A DNA stretch of 64,000 nucleotides, taken from positions 1 through 64,000 of the forward strand of contig JAYTHY010000074.1 of assembly GCA_043732185.1 (NCBI GenBank), given 5' to 3'. The notes beneath the pieces are model-generated. The model had not been told where the DNA came from and ran no database searches. It saw only the letters and a list, made by a program, of their open reading frames with translations. The first letter of the stretch is position 1. The number at the start of each line of letters is the position of its first letter. Below, in pieces: positions 10,505 to 20,108 of this stretch. A program made the position numbers and the translations under genes. This DNA is from Fibrobacteria bacterium (GTDB taxonomy: Bacteria > Fibrobacterota > Fibrobacteria > UBA11236).

Positions 10505-11128
10505 TCAGAACTTGAATGGCTGCTCGATTTTTTGAGCCACCGGTATGCCGCCATTCATGGCGGGTTTATAGCGCCATTCCCGAACCGCATCACGAATGGC
10601 ATCCTCATAACCGAAATTACCCGGGACTTCCAAGAATCGAATATCGCTGACTCGACCGTCTACACCAATGGTGAGAATACAGCGGACCAATCCGCCGGCC
10701 CCGGCAGCTTCTGCCTTCTTAGGTTTTTTCGGTACGGTCTGGGACAAAGCCTTGGCATCTTCGTCGGTTTCACCCTCCTCATAACTTACTTGCTGCAAAT
10801 CGCCTTGCGCGACTCCAGCACCGGCGCCATTTCCGGAACCGCCTCCCGGCCCCAAATCCATGACAAAGCGTTGTCTTGAGATGGATTTTCCGGGCTCAAC
10901 GGTTTTCTTTTCCAGCGACTTTTTAGATTCGAGCGGTTTTGGTTTTTCTTTCTTTTTCTGAACCATGGTCATGGCAATCAAGTGCAGGTCTCGGTTTTTA
11001 CCGGAACTTGTCAAGCCACGATGCGCATTCCAATAACCCATCAGGGGTAAGAAACTGAACAAGCCAGCATTCAAAGCGAGACTGCCGGTAATAGCCAAGA
11101 TGGAAATAGTCAAACCCTTCAAATTCAT
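10505..11128 (-). CDS. tonB: Energy transducer TonB
   Basis: N-terminal TM anchor, Lys/Pro-rich linker, C-terminal domain (IGVDGRVSDI..AVREWRYKPA..G.PV). Confidence 0.88.
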   Translation of the reverse strand: MNLKGLTISILAITGSLALNAGLFSFLPLMGYWNAHRGLTSSGKNRDLHLIAMTMVQKKKEKPKPLESKKSLEKKTVEPGKSISRQRFVMDLGPGGGSGNGAGAGVAQGDLQQVSYEEGETDEDAKALSQTVPKKPKKAEAAGAGGLVRCILTIGVDGRVSDIRFLEVPGNFGYEDAIRDAVREWRYKPAMNGGIPVAQKIEQPFKF

Positions 11129-11535
11129 TTAACATCCTGATTGGCTGCTACGGAAACTTTATGCACGCCGGCGGAATTGCATTCATCCATGATATCCACC
11201 ACGACACCCATATCCGCATCTCGATCGGAGACAATGACTACGGCGCGATCCGCATCTTCAGCCAATTCCCGTCTCAATATAGCCTGCAGCATGGCCAAGT
11301 CCACCTGACGTTCATCCAAATGGATGGTGCCTTCCTTGCTCACGCCGACCATGATATTTTCCTTTTCCAGCTGGGCGGCCGAACCGGCCGAGGGCTTGGT
11401 AATATCCAGACCCGTCTCTTTGGAAAAGGTGGTGGTCATGATAAAGAAAATGAGAAGGATAAAAATCACGTCCACCAGATTAACAATGGCGATTTCAACA
11501 TCCCGCTTGGATCGTTTTCGAATCGTGGGAATCAT
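11125..11535 (-). CDS. exbD: Biopolymer transport protein ExbD
   Basis: NLVDVIFILLIFFIMTTTF TM segment with conserved Asp; periplasmic domain. Confidence 0.93.
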   Translation of the reverse strand: MIPTIRKRSKRDVEIAIVNLVDVIFILLIFFIMTTTFSKETGLDITKPSAGSAAQLEKENIMVGVSKEGTIHLDERQVDLAMLQAILRRELAEDADRAVVIVSDRDADMGVVVDIMDECNSAGVHKVSVAANQDVK

Positions 11536-12209
11536 GCGCGTAGTCCAATGATATGCGTGGAATTGGAGCTGGCTCTTTCCCGCCGATGCTTTGTCGGCGC
11601 CGCCGGAGCCAAGTGGTTAATCAAGCCATGCGCTGCCGCTAATGTACCCTGTTCAATGGCTTCGGCCCGCGAGGACAGAAAAACGTGCATGAGCAGCAGC
11701 GGAAAGGCTACCAATAATCCGTTCTGAGTAGCCATTAAGGATTCTGCAATGCTGTCGGACATGAGGGCCTGGTTTCCGGTTCCAAATGCGCTGATAACTT
11801 GGAAGGTACGTACTATGCCGGATACCGTTCCCAATAATCCCATCAGGGGAGCTGCCGAAGCCAGGATCGCCAAGGTGGATAAGGATTTTTCCAATTCCGG
11901 AATTTTGAATTTCATCACCTCATCGAGCTTGGCTTCCATTTCCATACGCCCTGAATGGCGTGCCGAATAAATGGCTGTCAAGGCTGCTCCGGCCACGGAC
12001 CGTTTTGCCCGTGGGGACAAAGATTCCAAAGTCAGGATTCCCTCCTTGGACCCCAACTGGCTTCGCCATTTGCCTAGGCCCGTCCAGGTCAAGCTCCGGA
12101 GCCCCATATAGCGATGGAAGACAATGAACCAGCCCGTAATCGAAGTCAGCATCAGGGGGATTAAAACCCAGCCAGCTTTAATCATGCCCTCCAGAATAGG
12201 TTCAAACAT
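11532..12209 (-). CDS. exbB: MotA/TolQ/ExbB proton channel protein
   Basis: APLMGLLGTVSGIV..SIAESLMATQNGL. Confidence 0.9.
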   Translation of the reverse strand: MFEPILEGMIKAGWVLIPLMLTSITGWFIVFHRYMGLRSLTWTGLGKWRSQLGSKEGILTLESLSPRAKRSVAGAALTAIYSARHSGRMEMEAKLDEVMKFKIPELEKSLSTLAILASAAPLMGLLGTVSGIVRTFQVISAFGTGNQALMSDSIAESLMATQNGLLVAFPLLLMHVFLSSRAEAIEQGTLAAAHGLINHLAPAAPTKHRRERASSNSTHIIGLRA

Positions 12210-13779
12210 GCTCTTCCACCCGCTTGGAGGTGGTGAATAGGGTATTCACCAGTCGCGCAGCGTATTTCTCCATATTCGCGATAATATGGCCCGACCAGTT
12301 GTCCAGAATATTATAAGCGATGAGCAAAGGGATTGCGACGCCCAAACCCCACTTGGTGGCAATCAAGGCTTCGGAAATCCCTCCGGCCATGAGTTTTGGA
12401 TTACCCGTACCGTGCACGGTGATCACGTCGAATAAGCGTACCATTCCCGTTACGGTACCTAATAAACCCACCAGCGGCGATGCCGCGGCTAAAATATTCA
12501 TGGTGGTAATCCGTTTTTCCAAAGCCGGAGATTCATGCAGCATCACTTCATGGGCTTTACTTTCAGCATCCTCACGGGATCCTTCCGACCTCTCCAGAAT
12601 GGAAAGCAATACGCGACCGACGGATCCGGGACTTTTCTTGCACAAAACAATGGCCTCGGGAATTCGGTTGGCTGCGGCATAGGCTTGCACCTTGGCGGAC
12701 AGCTTTTCCGCGGCTTGGTCTTTGCGAATAAATACGAATACCTTTTCGATGATGATGATCAAACCAGACAACATCAAGGCCATAATCGGAAACATAACCC
12801 ATCCGCCACCATCGAATTCATGCTCTATGGTTTTCAAGAAAGTACCACGCGCCTTGGTCGTAAAGCCTTCTCCCGTTGCCTTGGTCAATAAAACATCCAT
12901 AGGCAACATCACCATGGAGTCCAGTTGCAAATCTTGGCTTGAAGCCAAGCCCAATACCGCCGTTCTCAAATCTTTCCGGACATTATCCGGAAGGTCTTCA
13001 ATCCATTCCCAAGCCTGGCCGTCCAGCCTCCCGGTCTTACCCAAAATGGCGACATCCTCACTCTCCGTGCTCACAAAAGCCTGATAGGCCTGCCCCATGC
13101 GAACCACATAACCAGCCGCTAACTTGGCCTGCGAGGCCATGTCCAAGGGAGCGCCATTCTTTTCTTGGGATGCTTTGGCGGCGGCAATGCCTTTGACGGC
13201 AAGTTTTTCACGGGCAATGGATTTTGATTCCCCATCGACGAAATCGCCATAGGCTAAAGTAAAAAGCCTATCTAAAGCGGCCGAGGAGGAGGCATCCTCT
13301 TTTTCCAAAGATTTTTTGGCATTGGATAATGCACCTAATTTTTCCACTGACCGATAGGGAAAACCATTTTCCCATTCCTTACCCAACTCTCCGAGTTTAT
13401 CACGCACTTGCAGGCCGAATTGCTTTAAGCGATTCTGCTGTTCTTCGACCTCGCGACGTTTTTCCGATTCCTGATTCTGAAGTCTGAGAAGAGTTTCTTC
13501 CTTCTGATCCTTCATCTGCCCAAGCCGGTCGATATCAGCTTTGATTTCATTCCAAGCATCACTGAAGGCTTCTTGAGCCGCCACGGCATTACGTTTATCT
13601 TGCCACCTTTTGACGCGAACATCTTCCAACTGACGCTGGTAGAGTTGCACTTCTTGGCGCGCTTTATCCAGATCCTCCTGAACCTTTTGTTCTTCGCGCC
13701 GACGACTGGCTCCTTCGGTAGGATAAGGGAATAAAGCCGCCCATGTACAAGCCAAGGTTAATAACCAAATCTTCTTCAT
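12202..13779 (-). CDS. Large ExbB-family protein with periplasmic coiled-coil domain (TtpC-like)
   Basis: Signal peptide, long coiled coil, C-terminal SPLVGLLGTVTGM..GGISEALIATKWGL. Confidence 0.85.
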   Translation of the reverse strand: MKKIWLLTLACTWAALFPYPTEGASRRREEQKVQEDLDKARQEVQLYQRQLEDVRVKRWQDKRNAVAAQEAFSDAWNEIKADIDRLGQMKDQKEETLLRLQNQESEKRREVEEQQNRLKQFGLQVRDKLGELGKEWENGFPYRSVEKLGALSNAKKSLEKEDASSSAALDRLFTLAYGDFVDGESKSIAREKLAVKGIAAAKASQEKNGAPLDMASQAKLAAGYVVRMGQAYQAFVSTESEDVAILGKTGRLDGQAWEWIEDLPDNVRKDLRTAVLGLASSQDLQLDSMVMLPMDVLLTKATGEGFTTKARGTFLKTIEHEFDGGGWVMFPIMALMLSGLIIIIEKVFVFIRKDQAAEKLSAKVQAYAAANRIPEAIVLCKKSPGSVGRVLLSILERSEGSREDAESKAHEVMLHESPALEKRITTMNILAAASPLVGLLGTVTGMVRLFDVITVHGTGNPKLMAGGISEALIATKWGLGVAIPLLIAYNILDNWSGHIIANMEKYAARLVNTLFTTSKRVEEHV

Positions 13780-14609
13780 TTCATCTTGCCTTTAAATGCA
13801 GTTTTCCAAATCGGCAAGGCTACGAATCCAGGCAAGGCTTTGCCTTCGGCCGTGGCGATGGCCTGTTTAAGGGCTTGACGGGTAGCATGGTCCATATCTT
13901 TTTCGCGTACCCAGGCATAACCCATGGCGGGAGCCTCAGCGGATTTGAGTATACCGAGTTTGGTTCCATCCAGAGAACTAAAGGCCAACAATTGCTTACC
14001 GACCCGTAAATATTTCACTTGCACCGGATCCCCGGCATCCTCAGAAAAATCGCCCGAGTACACTTCCGCTTCCTGCGCCAAACGCCGTTCGTTTTGCTCA
14101 ATGCTCCATAAACGATTCATGCCCTCTTCAGGCGAGATGTTTCCGCCGGCAATGTCTCGGACCAATAGATCCAGCGCTTCCAGCCTTTTGTCCATTCGAT
14201 AGGGCAAGCCCGGTGCCATAGCTTCACGCAATTGCTGAGCCTTAGCCGAGAGCGTTTGACTGAGCTGCGTGAAACGAGATTGTAATTCACGTTCCTTGAA
14301 CTGATGTCCTTCCATTTTTGCCAAGTTGGCCTTTAGCTTTTCCTCTTGCCCAGCCAAAGTTTCCTGAAGTCTGAGTCTGTCTTGGCTGAAATCGGAAAAG
14401 CGCTTACGACGCCGGGATTCCGCTTCTTTCTCGCGCGCCGTTTCTTCGCTCCAAAGTTTTTCTTCTTGAGCAATTTCTTGATTAGTGCGCTCCACCAGCA
14501 TATTGGCCTCTACAACCGTATTGGGTTGATTCGACATGGAAGCCGGAGTCGTTGTTGGCATGGGTTCTCCGGCCATAAATGCGATGGAAAACCAAAGTAG
14601 GGTAGTCAA
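13776..14609 (-). CDS. DUF3450-family coiled-coil protein (TtpB-like)
   Basis: Start moved to TTG 14609 after SD GGAGG; GLPYRMDKRL, VKYLRVGKQLLAF, FVALP motifs; first gene of TonB2-type cluster. Confidence 0.8.
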   Translation of the reverse strand: MTTLLWFSIAFMAGEPMPTTTPASMSNQPNTVVEANMLVERTNQEIAQEEKLWSEETAREKEAESRRRKRFSDFSQDRLRLQETLAGQEEKLKANLAKMEGHQFKERELQSRFTQLSQTLSAKAQQLREAMAPGLPYRMDKRLEALDLLVRDIAGGNISPEEGMNRLWSIEQNERRLAQEAEVYSGDFSEDAGDPVQVKYLRVGKQLLAFSSLDGTKLGILKSAEAPAMGYAWVREKDMDHATRQALKQAIATAEGKALPGFVALPIWKTAFKGKMK

Positions 14610-14756
14610 TTCATCCTCCCAGGAATTTAAGGAGGTAAACGTAGGGCAAAGATGTTTCAATCTCTTTTCTATTCCATTGCATAACCGCGGCAATCGGTTT
14701 AAGATCTAGGGTATTTTTAGGGTCATTTACCCGTCCGAAACGTAACCTCCATGAGT

Positions 14757-14798
14757 CGGTAACAATATCGTTACCAATGTATTTCAATTTTGTTGCAT
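14757..14798. promoter_or_regulatory. Four-unit Pho-box-like array in the divergent ttpB / glycosidase promoter region
   Basis: Minus strand ATGCAAC-N4-TTGAAAT-N4-TGGTAAC-N4-TTGTTAC (11-bp period); contains palindrome GGTAAC-N6-GTTACC (14758-14775). Confidence 0.65.
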
Positions 14799-14860
14799 AC
14801 CCTAAATTGCAATAGAAAAGCAGGGATCTTTGTTTATACTCTGTGAACAGAATAGGAATA

Positions 14861-17305
14861 ATGCTAGAGAAACTCATACAGACGTATTTGAAATGGACCG
14901 GAAAAGGGTATCTCGTTCCCTTCATCAACGGCCTCGCCAATCTGGGCCGGCCTTCCACTGTATTTTTTCCCATGGAATTGATGGAACAAGGCATGGCCAT
15001 CATTCTCTCCGGACTCAACAATACCATGGCTATCCAGAGCAACCTGGATTGGATCTGGCCGCTTTGGGTGGAACGCCAAATGGATCCCGCTGGAGAGGAA
15101 TTCATTCCCACGGCCATCAACCTCATTAAAACAAACCTAACCTGCCGGAACTGGACCTCAGTTGGATTAGGAAATAGCCCCCGGGAAGCCATGGTCGATC
15201 CCGTTGGCATGCTGACCTTGCGACCTTATGGTTGGTCGGTGTTTCCCTATGTAAGACTCGAAGGGCGTAGCTTTTTTCCGCCTAGACTCATGCCTCGTTG
15301 GCAAGCCTTGCAAAGCCTCTTGGACGGTTCACTCCCCTGTGTCATAACGCAATATGAAGTCCGCCCTAATTTAGGTTGGAAATCCGAAATCATGGCCGTG
15401 GAGGTCAATGGTGAGGACTGCATCAGTTTTAGCCATACCCTCGTCAACCGATCCAACTCGCATCTGTCCCTAAAATTCGGCTTAGCCATCAGGCCCTATA
15501 ACCCTTTAACCGTGGGCCATATTAATTCCATTCAATACCACGAGGGGCTTTGGCGCATCAATGGCCATGACGGCCTTTACCTTTATGACACGCCGGATCA
15601 TACCATACTCTCCGATCGTCACCATGGAGATCCGCTTGTTAAAGACGTACTAATCGGTGGAAGACGGCAACTTAAATCACGATCGGGGATAGCCTGCGGA
15701 CAAGCCGAATACCATCTTGAATTGGGACCCGGTCAAGCGCGTACATTTGAAGCCTTAGGGTTCATGGGCAATAAGCGTCTCAAGCCTTTGAAGAAGGGTC
15801 CAGAAAAAGCGTCACTGAAAAGTCTGATTGAAATCAAGAATAGCCGCGTCAACGCATTGATCCAGGATCAAGAATCCGGATTGAGAATTTGCATCCCGGA
15901 TGAGAAAATACTGGAAGCTTTTCAGGCGGTCAAAAGTCATATTCATGTTTTTGATGATAATACCCATTTTTCACCCGGGACTTTTCTGTACCATAATCAT
16001 TGGTTCCGGGACTCGGCCTTTATCGCCCTAGCTTTTGAAAATATGGGTTGGGGCGAACGCGTAGCGCCAAAAATTCTCAACTACCCAAAGCACCAAACCG
16101 ATGATGGGTTTTTCAAAAGCCAACACGGGGAGTGGGACAGCAATGGCGAGGCCATGTGGACCATAGTCAATCACATTAAGCGAGGCGGGAACCCGACGCT
16201 CTTGAAACGGCTCTACCCTGCCTTAATAAAAGGCGCACGCTGGATAGCTAAAATGCGTGATGAAACTCGAGTCTCACCCTCTCCCCATTTTGGGTTGATG
16301 CCCTCTGGGTTTTCCGCCGAACACTTTGGACCCAATGATCATTATTACTGGGATAACCTATGGAGTTTGGCTGGCTTGGAGGCAGCAAAATGGGCGGCCG
16401 AAAAACTGGGCCATGCTAACGATGTCCTCTGGCTCCAAGATTTGCTTTTGGATTATCGCGGCGACCTGGCTGCCTCCATGGATTGGGCCTGGAAAAAATC
16501 CGGAATAAAGGCTTTACCCTGTTCTCCCTACCGTTCCTTGGATTCAGCCGCCATTGGTAATCTTGTCGGGCTATCCCCCCTGAACGTCATCGACATCGAC
16601 GAGACTTGGATCCGTGGCACCTTGGATTTCTTGCTTGAAAACAATCTACGCGATGGACTTTTTTTCCAGCGCATAGTCCATACCGGATTGAACCCCTACC
16701 TTTCCGCACAATTGGCCAGGACCATGATGGCGCTGGGAGATCCACGTTGGATCGGTATTTTGGAAGCCTTGCTGCAACGCGCATCTCCAACCTATACTTG
16801 GCCGGAAGCCATTCATCCCCGCATGTATGGCGGCTGCATGGGAGACGGTGACCATGGCTGGTCCGCGGCTGAATTCTTGAATTTGATCCGTGACATGCTG
16901 GTTACCGAAAGAAGCGGATCGCTATTGTTAGCTGAAGCGGCACCTGCGAAATGGTTCAAGCCCGGATTACGCCTCGAAGTGTTCGCCGCGCCCACCATCC
17001 ATGGAACTGTGAATTACTGCTTAATGCAAGGGTCATTTTCCGCGACATTGTCTTGGCGCATAACCCGCTCAGCCTTTCAGGATCCGGTGCCCTTATATTT
17101 CCATCTCCCGGCAAGTTCCGGTTTAAATCCAGGAATTTCGTGCACGGAGGTGGCTGGAATTTTCAAAATACTGCTCCCCACGGATTCTGGTGAACTCACA
17201 TTATTCGCTTCACGAATCCGTGGAGGTGGTTCCGTGCAACCACCGGACCTATTGAATGCCGCGGAGCCTTCAGTTAATCAAAGCCAAAGGACAAGAAATG
17301 CATAA
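14861..17305 (+). CDS. Cytoplasmic six-hairpin (alpha/alpha)6 glycosidase-like protein, substrate unknown
   Basis: HWFRDSAF, GEWDSNGEA, YYWDNLWSLAGL, TWPEAIHP motifs typical of GH15/GH63-like barrels; no signal peptide; ATG 14861 after AGGA (GTG 14843 is an alternative). Confidence 0.7.
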   Translation: MLEKLIQTYLKWTGKGYLVPFINGLANLGRPSTVFFPMELMEQGMAIILSGLNNTMAIQSNLDWIWPLWVERQMDPAGEEFIPTAINLIKTNLTCRNWTSVGLGNSPREAMVDPVGMLTLRPYGWSVFPYVRLEGRSFFPPRLMPRWQALQSLLDGSLPCVITQYEVRPNLGWKSEIMAVEVNGEDCISFSHTLVNRSNSHLSLKFGLAIRPYNPLTVGHINSIQYHEGLWRINGHDGLYLYDTPDHTILSDRHHGDPLVKDVLIGGRRQLKSRSGIACGQAEYHLELGPGQARTFEALGFMGNKRLKPLKKGPEKASLKSLIEIKNSRVNALIQDQESGLRICIPDEKILEAFQAVKSHIHVFDDNTHFSPGTFLYHNHWFRDSAFIALAFENMGWGERVAPKILNYPKHQTDDGFFKSQHGEWDSNGEAMWTIVNHIKRGGNPTLLKRLYPALIKGARWIAKMRDETRVSPSPHFGLMPSGFSAEHFGPNDHYYWDNLWSLAGLEAAKWAAEKLGHANDVLWLQDLLLDYRGDLAASMDWAWKKSGIKALPCSPYRSLDSAAIGNLVGLSPLNVIDIDETWIRGTLDFLLENNLRDGLFFQRIVHTGLNPYLSAQLARTMMALGDPRWIGILEALLQRASPTYTWPEAIHPRMYGGCMGDGDHGWSAAEFLNLIRDMLVTERSGSLLLAEAAPAKWFKPGLRLEVFAAPTIHGTVNYCLMQGSFSATLSWRITRSAFQDPVPLYFHLPASSGLNPGISCTEVAGIFKILLPTDSGELTLFASRIRGGGSVQPPDLLNAAEPSVNQSQRTRNA

Positions 17306-20090
17306 TCCTCAATACTTCCGCTCCGAAATCCGCCAAGACCTAGAGGCTTTTGTGAGGCGGCAGGAAGCGGTATTGGGTGGAGTGGACGGTGAAGACGTCA
17401 TGAAAATTGATTTGCATTGTCATGATCGCAATAGCGACGTACCGGATGAAACCCTAGGTCGACTCCTACGTATTCCGGAAACCTGGCTACCTACCGCAAA
17501 GTTGGTCCGCACCCTTAAAGCCAATGGGGCCGATGCCTTAACCATTACCAACCACAACAATGCCCGTAGCTGCTGGCAAGCCCAAGACCGGGGCGAGGAT
17601 ATCCTATCTGGCGCTGAATTCAGCTGCACAATGCCGGATATCGAGGTGGGCGTGCATGTGCTCACTTTCGGCTTTACGCCGAATCAAGAATCTAAACTCA
17701 ATCACTTGCGCAAGGATTTGTACCGATTTTTGGAATTCACGGCCGCCGAAGATATTCCCACGGTCCTGGCTCATCCTTTACATTTTTACAGCCCCAAAGG
17801 TGTGCCTTCCTTGGAATTGATGGATCGATTTGCTGTGCTCTTCGAACGGTTCGAAGGGGTAAACGGCCAGCGGGATTCCTGGCAGAATTTACTCACGATA
17901 ACCTGGTTGGAAGGTTTAGACCAGGAAGCGATTGAAACCGCGGCCAAACGAGTGGGAATCAAACCGGATGCCTATTGCCGTCGGCCTTTCAACAAACGGA
18001 TCACGGGCGGTTCAGATTGCCATATGGGCATTTTCCCCGGTTCCACGGGTACGCTGCTTAGAGTGCCTGGCTGGCGCACCAAAGACGAAAGTCGTTCCCA
18101 ACTTGCCTTGGCAGCGCTACGAGACGGCGACATCGCGCCTTACGGCAGCCATTGTGAAGAGGAAAAACTAACTGTTGCTTTCCTGGATTTCTTCTGCCAA
18201 GTGGCCTTACATATGGAAGACCCAGGATTGCTTCGACTACTCCTCCATAAGGGAACGACCACCGAAAAACTCCAAGCCTTGGCGATTTCCAATGCCATGC
18301 TGGAATTACGCCGCCACCGTTATACTTCGAAATTCCTCGGTCTATTCCACGAATGCCTGCAAGGGAGAAAACCCGGCTGGTTTACTTCCTTAATGACGAG
18401 CCAAGACTATAAACCATTACTGGGTCAAATGAATGCTATTGCTACTGCAAGGGCTCAATCACCAGAAAGACTGGTTCAAGTGCTCGGTGTTGCTTTGCCG
18501 GCCATGTTCGATCAATTAACCCGTCTATTGACGGACCGCATAAAGGCCAAGGTTCGAAAAATGGAAGACAAGGGCGTGAATATTGCCTCTTCGGAATTAA
18601 TCGGAAAAATAGAACTGCCCACCCACTTCCGCTCGCTATTTGGAGTCGATGGAGGTTCTCAAAGCAAGGACATCGGCGGCATTGATATTGGCAAGCTCAG
18701 CGATGGTCTTCCCTTTCCAGCTTTAGCCGCCGGCGTGCTCGGAGGCGCGGCCTTCGCCGCTTCCAAGGTGCTATATGGACATCGATCTTTTCTGCAGGGG
18801 CTCTCGGAACGGCTTGGCCGTTATCAACATCCCAAACGCATATTGTGGATCACCGATACGCTCGAAGATAGGAATGGCGTCTCACATGTATTACAGAACA
18901 TGCTCGGGGAAGTTAGGCGTAAAAACCTGCCCATTGACTTTCTGGCCTGCGCAACCGGCAAAGAAAACGGTTTAACCAGCGGCAGCCACCTCCAGATTAT
19001 CCCAGCGGTCTCGGAATTCACCTTGCCTTTTTACCAGGATCAAATCATCCGCATGCCGGGAATGCTGGAATTACAAAAAACCTTCCTGGAAGGCGGCTAT
19101 GACCGGATTATCTGTTCAACGGAAGCACCCATGGGGTTGTTTGCCTTATACTTGAAACATGCCTTCAACGTGCCGGCTTATTTTTATGCCCATACCGATT
19201 GGCTGGACTTCGCCCGTCGCACGCTAAAATATGATCAGCATAAATTAGATCGGCTTCGTCGCTTTTTACGGGCTTTCTACCGAAGGTTCGATGGAGTTTT
19301 TCTCCTCAATACCGAGCAAAAGGAAAATTTCGCCTCTGCAGCCATGGGCCTGGTCCCCGAACGACTTCACCTGACCGCCCACTGGGCAGATGCGCGATTC
19401 CACCCCCGGAACGTCAGCCGCAAGGATATTTATCCAACGGCTGAAGGACCGGTAGTCCTGTATTCAGGACGCCTTAGTGAAGAAAAAGGCGTGTTGGAAA
19501 TCCCCGATATCATTCGTTGCATCCAGGCCAATATACCCAGCGTCAAAATTGCCTTTGCCGGAACCGGCCCTTGCTTAGACAGCTTGAAAACACTTTGTCC
19601 AGATGCGATTTTTCTCGGTTGGTTGGATGCCGATAAACTTGCGGAAGCATACTCCGCAGCCGATTTACTCTTGCTGCCGTCCTGGTTCGATACCTTCTCC
19701 TGTTCACTCCTGGAAGCCCTCGGCTGTGGTCTCCCCGCCGTGGCTTTCAACACAAAGGGTCCCAGAGATATTCTGGCGGAGGAAAAAGGCGGCATACTGG
19801 TAGAGAGTGCCTCGGAAATGGCCTCAGTTGCCACGCATCTCCTGGAATCACGGGAAAACCTACTCCTCATGAAGTCACAGGCTTTGTCGCGAGCAGCGGA
19901 CTACCATGCCGAAACCATTATGCATGGAATGATGCAGGACACGGATTTGTCCGATGGGAAGCCTGCTCGGCGCAAAGTTTCAACTCGCTCGAGAACAAAA
20001 CGTAAGCCCTCCGCCTTGGATATTTCCCAAGAGGAAAACCACGCTTTTCTCGGGGAACTTTTTTCTCTAATGGGTGTAGAGCAAGGATAG
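17298..20090 (+). CDS. Fusion of PHP-family metallo-phosphoesterase domain and GT4 glycosyltransferase
   Basis: PHP motifs DLHCH, ITNHN, GAEF..VHVL, LAHP, GSDCH; GT4 motifs ITDT..NGVS, TEAPMG, HTD, GRLSEEKG, DTFSCSLLEA; ATG 17298 overlaps upstream gene by 8 nt. Confidence 0.85.
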   Translation: MHNPQYFRSEIRQDLEAFVRRQEAVLGGVDGEDVMKIDLHCHDRNSDVPDETLGRLLRIPETWLPTAKLVRTLKANGADALTITNHNNARSCWQAQDRGEDILSGAEFSCTMPDIEVGVHVLTFGFTPNQESKLNHLRKDLYRFLEFTAAEDIPTVLAHPLHFYSPKGVPSLELMDRFAVLFERFEGVNGQRDSWQNLLTITWLEGLDQEAIETAAKRVGIKPDAYCRRPFNKRITGGSDCHMGIFPGSTGTLLRVPGWRTKDESRSQLALAALRDGDIAPYGSHCEEEKLTVAFLDFFCQVALHMEDPGLLRLLLHKGTTTEKLQALAISNAMLELRRHRYTSKFLGLFHECLQGRKPGWFTSLMTSQDYKPLLGQMNAIATARAQSPERLVQVLGVALPAMFDQLTRLLTDRIKAKVRKMEDKGVNIASSELIGKIELPTHFRSLFGVDGGSQSKDIGGIDIGKLSDGLPFPALAAGVLGGAAFAASKVLYGHRSFLQGLSERLGRYQHPKRILWITDTLEDRNGVSHVLQNMLGEVRRKNLPIDFLACATGKENGLTSGSHLQIIPAVSEFTLPFYQDQIIRMPGMLELQKTFLEGGYDRIICSTEAPMGLFALYLKHAFNVPAYFYAHTDWLDFARRTLKYDQHKLDRLRRFLRAFYRRFDGVFLLNTEQKENFASAAMGLVPERLHLTAHWADARFHPRNVSRKDIYPTAEGPVVLYSGRLSEEKGVLEIPDIIRCIQANIPSVKIAFAGTGPCLDSLKTLCPDAIFLGWLDADKLAEAYSAADLLLLPSWFDTFSCSLLEALGCGLPAVAFNTKGPRDILAEEKGGILVESASEMASVATHLLESRENLLLMKSQALSRAADYHAETIMHGMMQDTDLSDGKPARRKVSTRSRTKRKPSALDISQEENHAFLGELFSLMGVEQG

Positions 20091-20108
20091 CCAGGGAATA
20101 CAATAATT

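Noticed and set aside
14611..15210. 199-aa minus-strand ORF, and other antisense ORFs such as 41804-42556 and 50461-51039
   Set aside because: Shadow ORFs opposite well-supported genes or across a promoter region, with no motifs.
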